Positions 27,639-36,590 of a stretch of DNA of 64,000 nt are shown here, one piece after another. Source of the stretch: an uncultured Acidobacteriota bacterium (GTDB lineage: Bacteria > Acidobacteriota > Vicinamibacteria > Vicinamibacterales > 2-12-FULL-66-21). Every line of letters begins with the position of its first letter. The first letter of the stretch is position 1. The notes under the pieces are model-generated. The model worked only from the letters and a program-made list of their open reading frames with translations, searched no databases and was not told where the DNA came from. A program made the translations under genes and the position numbers. The stretch covers positions 24,566 to 88,565 of the forward strand of contig CAWCQS010000007.1 of the NCBI GenBank assembly GCA_963797715.1, given 5' to 3'.

Positions 27639-30086
27639 ATGAACGAGACCGCCACCTGGTCGATGGGCGACAGCCTGCGCGAACGGTTCCGCCACGCCAC
27701 GGGGACACCGGTCGAGCACGACATCCGCCCGTACTTCGACGCCGTCGCACGCGTCGACGCCATCGACCTCAGCACGATCACAGACGTCGAGCTGAGGGCT
27801 CGCGCGTTGGAGCTCCGTACCCGGGCGCGCGCGCGTGATGACTCCGGCGATTCGCTCGACGATCTCCTGCCCGACGTCTTTGCCGTTGCCCGCGAAGCGT
27901 CGGCCCGGCTGCTGCAGATGCGGCCCTTCGACGTGCAGCTGGCTGCGGGTGTCGCGCTTCATAAAGGTTGCCTCGCCCAGTTGGCCACCGGCGAAGGCAA
28001 GACGCTCGTCGCCGTGCCGCCGGCGATCCTCCACGCGCTCGGCGGCACCCGTGTCCACATCTTCACGGCGAACGACTACCTCGCACGTCGCGACGCCGAG
28101 TGGATGGGCCCGCTCTACGCGTTCTTCGGTTTGCGGGCAGACTTCGTCATCGAGGGCATGACGGCAGACGCGCGACGTCAGGCATACGAGGCCGACGTCA
28201 CCTACGTCACCGCCAAGGAGGCGGGCTTCGACTTCCTCCGCGATCACACCGCCACCGACCCTTCCGCAGTCGTCCATCGCGGCCACGAGATGGCCATCGT
28301 CGACGAGGCCGACTTCATCCTGATCGACGAGGCTCGCGTCCCGCTCGTCATTGCCGGACCAGCGCCGGCGATGGCGATCGATCACGCGATGCTGGCAGCG
28401 CTCGTTCGCCGGTTGCGCCGCGGCGTCGACTACGACCCCGACGAGTACTGCCGCACCGTCGTCCTCACGGAGGCCGGCTTCCGCAACGTCGGCACGGCGC
28501 TTGGCGTCGCGCTCGATCATCCGTCGCACCAGCTGCTGCTGAGTGCCGTCCACGTCGCACTCCACGCCGAAGCGCTCCTCCGCCGCGACCGCGACTACGT
28601 CGTCCGCGACGGCACCGTCGAGCTCGTCGACGAGTGGACCGGCCGCGTGGCCGATAACCGGCGCTGGCCGAACGGCATTCAGCCCGCGGTCGAAGCCAAG
28701 GAGGGCGTCGCGGTGCGGCCCGAGGGCCGGATCCTCGGGTCGATTCCCATGCAGCACTTCATCCAGGAGTACTCGAGCCTGGCCGGCATGACGGCAACCG
28801 CCGAATCGGCCGCCGAAGAATTCGAAGCATTCTTTGGATTGAAGACGGTCGTCTTCCCGCCCAACCGCGAGTGCGGCCGCGCCGATCACCCCGACGTCAT
28901 CTTTGCCAACCGCGCGGCCAAGAGTGCCGCGTTGTTGAAAGAGATTCTCGACGTGCACGCCACGGGCCGGCCGATTCTCGTCGGCACCGCCAGCGTTCGC
29001 GACTCGGAGGAGCTTGGAGCGGTGTTGCGCCACCGTGGCGTGGCCTGCGACGTCCTGAACGCCAAGCAGGATGAGCACGAGGCGCAGATCATCGCCCGCG
29101 CCGGCGCGCTGGGAGCGGTGACGATCTCGACGAACATGGCCGGTCGCGGCACCGACATCAAGCTTGGCGACGACGATGCAACGCATGCGGAAGTCGTGGC
29201 GAAGGGCGGACTGTACGTGATCGGCACGAACCGCCACGAGAGCCTGCGCATCGACAATCAGCTGCGTGGTCGCGCCGGACGCCAGGGCGATCCAGGGTCG
29301 TCGCGGTTCTTCATCTGCCTGCAGGATGATCTGATCGAGCGCTACGGCGTGATGGGGCTGATCCCGAAGAATCATCGGCCCGCACGGCACGCAACCACCG
29401 TCGACGATCCCGTCGTTGCGCGCGAGATCAACCGCGCCCAGCGCATCGTCGAGGGACAGAACTTCGAGATTCGCCGGACGCTGTGGAAGTACTCAGCGCT
29501 CGTCGACGATCAGCGCGGCATCCTCTATCGCTGGCGGCACGATCTGCTCCACGGCGAGTCGGATCCTGACGTCTGGGAACAGCAGGCCCCAGACAAGCAC
29601 GCCGCTCTCGTTGCCGCCGTCGGCGCCGAGGCCGTCCGGCGCGCCGAACAGCGCGTGACGATGTTCGTGCTCGACCGTGAGTGGGCGGAGCACCTGGCGC
29701 TCATCGAAGACGTGCGCGAAGGCATTCACCTGCAGCGTTACGGCGGCCGGGAGCCGGTGACCGAGTTCCACCGTCAGATCGTCGATGCCTTCTCGGCGAT
29801 GATGGACCGCATCAACGACGAGTCGGTCGCGATCCTGCGCCAGCTCGAGGTGCGGGACGGTGAGATCGATCTCACTGCCGCCGGCATCGCCGGCTCGTCG
29901 TCGACGTGGACCTACCTCGTCAACGACAACCCCTTCTCCACCCTCGGCCTGTCGCTGCTGGCCAGCCGCAACATCGGCGCCGCTGCTACCACTGGCTTCA
30001 TCGCGATGATGTATCTCCCGATCACGATGATCGTGTCGGCGACGATCTTCGTGCGGCGATGGATGGCAAGGCGAAGGGGTCGGTGA
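27639..30086 (+). CDS. secA: SecA-family preprotein translocase ATPase paralogue with a hydrophobic C-terminal tail
   Basis: 815 aa, intact: LLPDVFAVAREASARLLQMRPFDVQLAAGVALHKGCLAQLATGEGKTLVA (Walker A), IVDEADFILIDEARVPLVI (DEAD), TNMAGRGTDIKLG, LRGRAGRQGDPGSSRFF. There is no Zn-finger tail; the protein ends IGAAATTGFIAMMYLPITMIVSATIFVRRWMARRRGR. Confidence 0.9.
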   Translation: MNETATWSMGDSLRERFRHATGTPVEHDIRPYFDAVARVDAIDLSTITDVELRARALELRTRARARDDSGDSLDDLLPDVFAVAREASARLLQMRPFDVQLAAGVALHKGCLAQLATGEGKTLVAVPPAILHALGGTRVHIFTANDYLARRDAEWMGPLYAFFGLRADFVIEGMTADARRQAYEADVTYVTAKEAGFDFLRDHTATDPSAVVHRGHEMAIVDEADFILIDEARVPLVIAGPAPAMAIDHAMLAALVRRLRRGVDYDPDEYCRTVVLTEAGFRNVGTALGVALDHPSHQLLLSAVHVALHAEALLRRDRDYVVRDGTVELVDEWTGRVADNRRWPNGIQPAVEAKEGVAVRPEGRILGSIPMQHFIQEYSSLAGMTATAESAAEEFEAFFGLKTVVFPPNRECGRADHPDVIFANRAAKSAALLKEILDVHATGRPILVGTASVRDSEELGAVLRHRGVACDVLNAKQDEHEAQIIARAGALGAVTISTNMAGRGTDIKLGDDDATHAEVVAKGGLYVIGTNRHESLRIDNQLRGRAGRQGDPGSSRFFICLQDDLIERYGVMGLIPKNHRPARHATTVDDPVVAREINRAQRIVEGQNFEIRRTLWKYSALVDDQRGILYRWRHDLLHGESDPDVWEQQAPDKHAALVAAVGAEAVRRAEQRVTMFVLDREWAEHLALIEDVREGIHLQRYGGREPVTEFHRQIVDAFSAMMDRINDESVAILRQLEVRDGEIDLTAAGIAGSSSTWTYLVNDNPFSTLGLSLLASRNIGAAATTGFIAMMYLPITMIVSATIFVRRWMARRRGR

Positions 30087-30328
30087 GGAGGGCCGAGAAG
30101 GGCGGAGGCGCAGGCCCACACCTGGTTGAGGTTGCGACAATTAGCCGCGCAAGCTCGGCTGCGCTCCATCACCAATCCACGGAGTTTGGTGGACCCCTCG
30201 GTGGCTTCGTGACTGGTGGAGGTTCTCGGGACCTCCGCCCTTCCGCGGTAGCCGAGCGGAAAGACGAGGGGACCTCAATTGCTTGCGACTCCACCCGCTG
30301 GCAAGGCATTTGCGGCCCAGGTGATCGT

Positions 30329-31399
30329 GTGCGGCGTGGAACTGTCGTCGTCGGCCTCATTGCTGTCGTGCTCCATGGCGGCTGTGGTTCGTCATCGACG
30401 TCGACAGTGACAGCCCCCGGCGCCACGAAGTGCGCGATTTCCGCGGTCACGTCATCCAGCTCCTTTCCATCAACGGCCGGTTCGGGCAGCGTCGAGATCG
30501 GTGCCGCGGGCGAGTGCATCTGGACGATACACTCGGATGCCTCTTGGATCGTTCCTGGCCGCACGAGCGGCCAAGGCGAGGCCAACATATCCTTCGATAT
30601 CGCGGCCAACGGCACACCAGCGTCACGCCGCGGCGGCTTGACCATTGAGTCAACGCGAATCGAACTCGTGCAAGAGGGCGCACCGTGCCGCTTTGATCTC
30701 GAGACATCGCGGGTGGACCTGGGCGCAGGTGGAGGCAGTGCGCGGATTGGCGTGACGGCGATGACCGGCTGCGCGTGGGAAGCGCGGGCGACCGACGCCT
30801 GGATCGCCGTCAGGGGTAACGCGTCAGCGAACGGCGCCGGTGTGGTCGAATTGTCAATTGGCGCAAACAGTGGACCGCCGCGCGTTGGGTCGGTCACCGT
30901 CGCAGACCGGACGGCTACGGTTGCCCAGGAAGGCGCGGCGGCACCGACACCTCCTGCTCCAACGCCCGCGCCAGCGCCAGCACCTCCTTCTCCGCCGCCA
31001 ACGCCCGCCCCGCCGTCGCCGACGCCGACCCCTACGCCTCAGCCGACGCCAACGCCGACCCCTACACCTACACCCACGCCGACACCTACACCTACACCTA
31101 CACCTACACCTACGCCTACGCCTACACCTACGCCGACGCCTACGCCGACGCCGACACCACCGAGCCCGCCGCCTGGTGGTGAGATCGAACTCGACGGGCG
31201 CGTGTCGTCCCTTCGCGGCTCCTGCCCGAATTTGACATTCCTGCTGGACGGCACGCCCGTCTACACCGATGACTCAACTCGTTATCGTGCAGGCAACTGC
31301 AAGCACCTCGAATCAGGGCAGCGGGTAGTCGTGACCGGTCAACGTCAGCGTGACGGCCGCGTCAAGGCCGAGCAGATCGATATCGAGAAACACGACTGA
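30329..31399 (+). CDS. Lipoprotein with two BACON/Ig-like modules, a Pro/Thr linker and a C-terminal DUF5666-like domain
   Basis: The proposed GTG start at 30329 gives VRRGTVVVGLIAVVLHGGCGSS (lipobox). Two related modules follow (CAISAVTSSSSFPSTAGSGSVEIGAAGECIWTIHSDASWI...; CRFDLETSRVDLGAGGGSARIGVTAMTGCAWEARATDAWI...), then (PT)n, then IELDGRVSSLRGSCPNLTFLLDGTPVYTDDSTRYRAGNCKHLESGQRVVVTGQ. The start choice is uncertain. Confidence 0.65.
   Translation: MRRGTVVVGLIAVVLHGGCGSSSTSTVTAPGATKCAISAVTSSSSFPSTAGSGSVEIGAAGECIWTIHSDASWIVPGRTSGQGEANISFDIAANGTPASRRGGLTIESTRIELVQEGAPCRFDLETSRVDLGAGGGSARIGVTAMTGCAWEARATDAWIAVRGNASANGAGVVELSIGANSGPPRVGSVTVADRTATVAQEGAAAPTPPAPTPAPAPAPPSPPPTPAPPSPTPTPTPQPTPTPTPTPTPTPTPTPTPTPTPTPTPTPTPTPTPTPTPPSPPPGGEIELDGRVSSLRGSCPNLTFLLDGTPVYTDDSTRYRAGNCKHLESGQRVVVTGQRQRDGRVKAEQIDIEKHD
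31012..31158 (+). repeat. Hexanucleotide (ACNCCN) tandem repeat encoding the (PT)n linker
   Basis: ...ACGCCGACCCCTACACCTACACCCACGCCGACACCTACACCTACACCTACACCTACACCTACGCCTACGCCTACACCTACGCCGACGCC..., inside the CDS 30329..31399. Confidence 0.85.
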
Positions 31400-31513
31400 A
31401 TCACGCGACTCGCCGCTTGACATGCCGGGCGCGAGGCGAGTACGACACGCTCATGCTGGCGTTCGGTCCACGGCTTCGTCAACAACCTGTGCTCGACGAA
31501 CGTTGAGGGCTGC

Positions 31514-32746
31514 ATGTCGAGGGAACTGCCGCGCGAGTCGCGCCCGTTCATGTGGCTCGAGGATTTCAGCCGCGACGTCGCGTACGGCGTCCGCACGCTG
31601 GTGGGGACGCCCGCCTTCACGGTTGTTGTTGCCGTCCTCACGCTCGCCCTCGGAATCAGCGCCGTCACGGTCATCTACAGCGTGCTGCGCAACGTCGCGC
31701 TGGATCCGTTTCCGTATTCCCGCTCCGATCGCCTCGTCAACGTCGTCCTGCGCGACAACTCCGGCCGCATCATCCGCGGCCCGTATTTCCGCTCCGAGGA
31801 GTTCCTCGACTATCAGGAGCAAACCAGCGCGTTCGAGGACGTCGTCGGCACGAGCCAGTTCAGCGGTCACTGGATGAGCGACAGCGGCGCCGAGCGCCTG
31901 GCACTCAACTGGATGACGCCGAACGGTTTCGAATTTCTCGGCGTACCGCCGCTCATCGGCCGCGTCTTCGACCTACGCGATGTGGCGCCCGGCGCCCCAA
32001 CGGTCGCCGTCATGAACCACCGCGCGTGGGTGACACGCTTCGGTGGCGATCCGGGCGTGATCGGCCGCACGCTCGTGCTGGATGGGCAGCCCTTCACCGT
32101 GATCGGGGTGATGCCGCCGCGCTTCGAGTGGAACATCGCCGATCTGTGGCTGCCGGCGGCGATGCAGCGCAGCGACGATCCGCAAACCCCGCGGGGGATG
32201 CGTGCGTTCCAGGCCCACCTTCGCCCCGGCGTCACCGCCGCCGAGGCCGAGACGCAGTTGAACGTGGTGGGCGCGCGGCGCGCCGCCGAGCGGCCAAACG
32301 AGTATCCGCTCGGCTTCCGCTTCGGCATCATTCCCGTCGTCGACTGGGTCGTCCGCGAGTTCCGCGGCACGCTCTATACGCTCTTCGGCGCGGTCAGCCT
32401 CCTGCTCGTCATCGCCTGCTGCAACGTCGCCAATATGCTGCTGGCGCGCGCGACGATCCGCGAGCGCGAAATGACGATTCGCGCGGCCATCGGCGCCAGC
32501 CGCGGCCGCATCGTCCGGCAGTTGCTCGTCGAGAGTGCGGTGCTCGCGTGCGGCGGGCTCGCCGCCGGGTGCCTGATGGCGTACGGCGGAATCGTCGCTC
32601 TCGCCGGCTACATGCCGCGGCAGGGCGTGCCCTGGGAGACGGAGATCAGGCTTGATCGGCCGGTGCTCCTGTTCGCGCTCGCGGCCGCAGCCGTGGCAAC
32701 GATCGGCTTCGGTCTCTTCCTCGACAGCGGCTTCTCTTCTGCCTGA
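31514..32746 (+). pseudogene. ADOP-family permease, first half only (truncated)
   Basis: 410 aa: typical ADOP N-terminus (WLEDFSRDVAYGVRTLVGTPAFTVVVAVLTLALGISAVTVIYSV) and the first FtsX block (ACCNVANMLLARATIREREMTIRAAIGASRGRIVRQL). It stops after TM4, where the full-length paralogue (823 aa) continues with a second half. Confidence 0.75.
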
Positions 32747-32940
32747 GCTGGAAGCCACACGAGGCGGCCTGAGTCGCTTCGTGCATGCATCACGGCCCGT
32801 CCGGCGAGGTACCTCACCACTCGCTCCGTCGGCATGGCACCGCTGCTGCTTGCAATCAGCGCAAAGTCGCGCCGGCTACAGGCCGGCAGGCGATCAGCGA
32901 TTGCACTCAAACTGGCTCAGCCATAATCCATATTGATTGC

Positions 32941-35397
32941 ATGCACCCACTACCCGATGACATCACATTCCGACATCTCGCGCGCGTCGTGGAATCGTCC
33001 GACGATGCGATTGTCAGCAAGGATCTGAACGGCATTATTACGTCGTGGAATCGGGCGGCCGAACGCATGTTCGGCTACAGCGCTGCCGAGGCCATTGGCC
33101 AGTCGATTCGCATGATCATCCCTGAGGATCGGCAAGTCGAAGAAGACATGGTGCTGGGTCGGATTCGCGCGGGGCAGGGAGTCACCCATTTCGAGACCAT
33201 TCGTCAGCGAAAGGATGGAACCCAGGTTCCCATCTCGCTGACGGTCTCGCCAATTTACGACGATGCGGGTCATATCATCGGTGCCTCGAAGATCGCCCGC
33301 GACATCACCGACCGCGCGCAGGCCGCCGTCTCCAGCCGCCGGCTTGCCGCCGTCGTAGAGTCGTCTGATGACGCGATCATCACCAACGATTTAAACAGCA
33401 CCATCACGTCTTGGAACCCTGGCGCTGAGCGCATCTTCGGGTACACGGAAGCCGAGGCCGTGGGTCAGTCGATTCGCATGCTGATTCCGCAGGAACTGCA
33501 GGCGGAGGAAGACGACGTGCTCGACAGGATTCGGGCCGGCCAGAAGATGGACCACTACGAGACAGTTCGGCAGCACAAGGATGGACGCCGGCTATCGATT
33601 TCGCTGACCATCTCACCGATCCTGAATGATCGCGGCGAGATCATTGGGGCGTCGAAGATCGCTCGTGACATCAGCGAGCGCGCGCGTCTCGTCGCTGCAG
33701 CCAGCGAGCAAGCGAGCAATACCGAGAAGTTGGGCGAGGTCGGTGCCGTCGTCGCGTCGACACTTGATCGAGAAACGATCCTCCAGAAAGTCACCGACAT
33801 CGCGACGGAACTGACGCACGCGCAATTCGGCGCGTTTTTCTACAACGTGACCGACCCGGACTCAGGCGACGCCTACATGCTGTACACGTTGTCGGGCGCG
33901 CCGCGGGACGCGTTCGCGAAGTTTCCGCATCCGCGTGCGACCGCCGTCTTCGCTCCAACGTTTCACGGCGAAGGGCCGGTCCGGCTGAACGATGTGACAG
34001 CAGACCCACGCTACGGAAAGAGCGCGCCCCATCACGGGATGCCTCCCGGCCACCTGCCCGTTCGGAGCTATCTCGCGGTACCGGTGAAAGGGGTCACAGG
34101 AGACGTCTTGGGCGGGTTGTTCTTCGGTCACCCTGACGTTGGCGTGTTTACAGAACAGCATGAACGTCTCGCGGTCGGCGTGGCCGCGTGGGCCTCGGTC
34201 GCCCTGGAGAACGCCCGGCTGTACGCCGATGCGCAGGTGGCCAACCGGATGAAGGACGAGTTCCTCGCCGTCCTGTCGCACGAGCTGCGTACTCCACTCA
34301 ACGCGATCGTCGGCTATTCGCGACTGCTGCGGGGAGGTATTTTGTCGGGCGACAAGGCAGCGCGAGGGCTCGAGACCCTCGAGCGGAACGCCACGTGGCT
34401 CACCCAAATCGTAGAGGACGTCCTAGACATCTCGCGGATCGTGTCAGGCAGGATTCGATTGGACGTGCAGCCGGTCGAGCTTCCCTTAATCGTCGACAAC
34501 GCAGTCGCCACTATCCAACCCGCCGCCGACGCGAAAGGGGTACGGGTTCAGACGCTGGTGGATCCACGAGTGGGCCCGGTGTCTGGCGACCCAGGCCGTC
34601 TGCAACAAGTTGTCTGGAATCTGGTATCGAACGCGGTGAAATTCACGCCGAAGAAAGGACGCGTGCAAGTGCGCCTCGAGCGCGTCAACTCCCACGTCGA
34701 AATAATCGTCGGCGACACCGGCATGGGCATCAAGCCGGACTTTCTTCCCTACGTATTCGAGCGGTTTCGTCAAGCCGAGGCAGGGACAACGCGAAAGACG
34801 GGCGGCCTCGGATTGGGCTTGGCCATTGTTCGACATATTGTCGAGATGCACGGCGGCACCGTGGAAGCATCTAGCGCCGGCGAGGGCGAAGGCGCCACCT
34901 TCCGCGTACGGCTGCCGCTCATGATTGTCCACCCGGACGCAGTAGAAATGCGGCGCGAACATCCGCGCACCGAGCGACGAGAGGCCCTGACTGCTCTCGG
35001 GGACCTCACGGGAATTCACGTTGTCGCAGTCGACGACGAAGAGGATGCGCTCGACTTGCTTCGCGTCGTCCTTGAATCTGCCGGTGCGGAGGTCACTACC
35101 TTGAACTCCGCGATGACGGCGCTGGACCGTATCGCAGAGATCAAACCGCAGGTCCTTGTGGTCGACCTTGGAATGCCGGAGATGGACGGTTTCGAGCTCA
35201 TCACGCGGCTTCGCAAATCGGAAGACAAGACGATTCGAAACATTCCCGCCGCCGCCCTGACCGCGTTCGCGCGATCGGAAGATCGTACAAAAGCGTTGCG
35301 AAGCGGCTTCGAGATGCACCTCGCCAAGCCGGTGGACCCCGCCGAGCTGGTGGCATCTATCGCAACACTCGCGCGGCGAGTCGATACCGAGCCGTAA
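32941..35397 (+). CDS. Hybrid sensor histidine kinase (PAS-PAS-GAF-HisKA-HATPase-REC)
   Basis: Start taken at the ATG at 32941. Two PAS modules (IITSWNRAAERMFGYSAAEAIGQSIRMIIP; ITSWNPGAERIFGYTEAEAVGQSIRMLIP), a GAF domain, the H-box FLAVLSHELRTPLNAI, the G-box GGLGLGLAIVRHIVEMHGG, and a receiver domain (VVAVDDEEDALDLL...VVDLGMPEMDGFELI). Confidence 0.9.
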   Translation: MHPLPDDITFRHLARVVESSDDAIVSKDLNGIITSWNRAAERMFGYSAAEAIGQSIRMIIPEDRQVEEDMVLGRIRAGQGVTHFETIRQRKDGTQVPISLTVSPIYDDAGHIIGASKIARDITDRAQAAVSSRRLAAVVESSDDAIITNDLNSTITSWNPGAERIFGYTEAEAVGQSIRMLIPQELQAEEDDVLDRIRAGQKMDHYETVRQHKDGRRLSISLTISPILNDRGEIIGASKIARDISERARLVAAASEQASNTEKLGEVGAVVASTLDRETILQKVTDIATELTHAQFGAFFYNVTDPDSGDAYMLYTLSGAPRDAFAKFPHPRATAVFAPTFHGEGPVRLNDVTADPRYGKSAPHHGMPPGHLPVRSYLAVPVKGVTGDVLGGLFFGHPDVGVFTEQHERLAVGVAAWASVALENARLYADAQVANRMKDEFLAVLSHELRTPLNAIVGYSRLLRGGILSGDKAARGLETLERNATWLTQIVEDVLDISRIVSGRIRLDVQPVELPLIVDNAVATIQPAADAKGVRVQTLVDPRVGPVSGDPGRLQQVVWNLVSNAVKFTPKKGRVQVRLERVNSHVEIIVGDTGMGIKPDFLPYVFERFRQAEAGTTRKTGGLGLGLAIVRHIVEMHGGTVEASSAGEGEGATFRVRLPLMIVHPDAVEMRREHPRTERREALTALGDLTGIHVVAVDDEEDALDLLRVVLESAGAEVTTLNSAMTALDRIAEIKPQVLVVDLGMPEMDGFELITRLRKSEDKTIRNIPAAALTAFARSEDRTKALRSGFEMHLAKPVDPAELVASIATLARRVDTEP

Positions 35398-35518
35398 GAC
35401 CGACTCGGGAGGACACGCAGCCGTCGACCCCATCCGCGAAGGATGGCAGCAAGCGTGCACCGGAAAGTGCGGTAGCACTTCCGATAACACCGATGCACAC
35501 CGATAAGGAGCGACGTCC

Positions 35519-36070
35519 ATGGCTGGAAAGAACACAGCTGTTTTTGGCATTTTCCGCAACGTCGAGCAGGCTGAACGGGCTGTAGATACCCTCATCGCCG
35601 AAGGATTCTCCGACGCCTATGTGTCCGTGCTAATGCCCGATCGCGAGAGTTCGAGGGCCTTCGCACACGAGAAACATACAAAGGCGCCGGAGGGCGCGAC
35701 GACCGGTGTCGCAGCCGGCGGAGCGATCGGCGGTACCTTGGGCTTGCTGGCAGGAATTGGTGCGTTGGCGATACCTGGGCTGGGGCCGTTCATCGCGGCG
35801 GGACCGATTATGGGTGCGCTTGCGGGCCTCGGCGCGGGCGGTGCAGTCGGCGGCTTGGTTGGCGCCTTGGTCGGCATGGGCCTTCCTGAGTACGAAGCCA
35901 AGCGGTACGAAGGGCACGTCAGAGCCGGTGGCATTCTTCTGTCTGTGCACTGCGAGACATCAGAAGAGATCTCCGCTGCAAAGGATCTGCTGAGGCGCTT
36001 TGGTGCGGATGATATCTCGTCGGCCGGGGAGGAACCCGTCTCAACGCCGGCGACGTCGCACCGGAACTAG
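35519..36070 (+). CDS. General-stress-type protein: YflT-like N-domain, glycine-zipper membrane segment, conserved C-domain
   Basis: 183 aa: AVFGIFRNVEQAERAVDTLIAEGFSDAYVSVL; GVAAGGAIGGTLGLLAGIGALAIPGLGPFIAAGPIMGALAGLGAGGAVGGLVGALVGMG; LPEYEAKRYEGHVRAGGILLSVH. AAGGAG lies upstream of the ATG. The family assignment is from memory. Confidence 0.65.
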   Translation: MAGKNTAVFGIFRNVEQAERAVDTLIAEGFSDAYVSVLMPDRESSRAFAHEKHTKAPEGATTGVAAGGAIGGTLGLLAGIGALAIPGLGPFIAAGPIMGALAGLGAGGAVGGLVGALVGMGLPEYEAKRYEGHVRAGGILLSVHCETSEEISAAKDLLRRFGADDISSAGEEPVSTPATSHRN

Positions 36071-36167
36071 TTCCGAGGGGCTACCCCTGCTCCCTTGGCG
36101 CCGCTGTTGCACAAGAAAGGCAGGCGAAATACACGCGCACGAGGTTCGGTGCGCGGTGGAGGCCTAG

Positions 36168-36380
36168 ATGGACCTGCAATTGGGTTTGCTCATCGGCGTG
36201 GGCTTGTTCCTCCTGATCCTTGTGCCGTACCTCTACTTCCAGGCCAAACGAGGGAAAGCCCACGGGCACACGTGGTTCACATGGTGGAAACCTCGCGGAC
36301 ACAGCGACATTGGGCCGGATACCGGGCCGAGACCGACTGCTCCCGGTGGTGTGGATGAGGGCCGGGGCGCGCGTTACTGA
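36168..36380 (+). CDS. Small single-TM protein (hypothetical)
   Basis: 70 aa, GGTGGAGG 5 nt upstream of the ATG, N-terminal helix LQLGLLIGVGLFLLILVPYLYF. No family recognised. Confidence 0.35.
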   Translation: MDLQLGLLIGVGLFLLILVPYLYFQAKRGKAHGHTWFTWWKPRGHSDIGPDTGPRPTAPGGVDEGRGARY

Positions 36381-36464
36381 TGACGTGTCAGTCCGCGCCG
36401 ATGGCACACCACGCGCGGCTGCTCCGAGATACAGGTTCCGGTGTCTAAGCGCGATGGAGGACGC

Positions 36465-36590
36465 ATGGACACACAACTATTCAGTCCCTCAATCAACAAG
36501 TCCGTTGTGTTTGCCGTCGTCGTAATCTTTGCGCTGGTCGTAGTCATCGCGGCGACTATCCTTCTACTCACGGCCGCACGACTCCCTTGA
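36465..36590 (+). CDS. 41-aa single-TM micro-protein (hypothetical)
   Basis: Not in the ORF track (shorter than 60 aa). ATG 36465..TGA 36590 reads MDTQLFSPSINKSVVFAVVVIFALVVVIAATILLLTAARLP. The only evidence is the ORF and its hydrophobic helix. Confidence 0.25.
   Translation: MDTQLFSPSINKSVVFAVVVIFALVVVIAATILLLTAARLP

Noticed and set aside
27465-29390. 641-aa ORF on the minus strand
   Set aside because: It lies entirely antisense to the homology-supported SecA-like gene and has an Arg/Ala/Gly/Val-rich composition with no recognisable motif. This is a typical shadow ORF of high-G+C DNA.
31039-31254. 71-aa (GV)n ORF on the minus strand
   Set aside because: It is simply the reverse-complement reading of the ACNCCN hexamer repeat that encodes the (PT)n linker.
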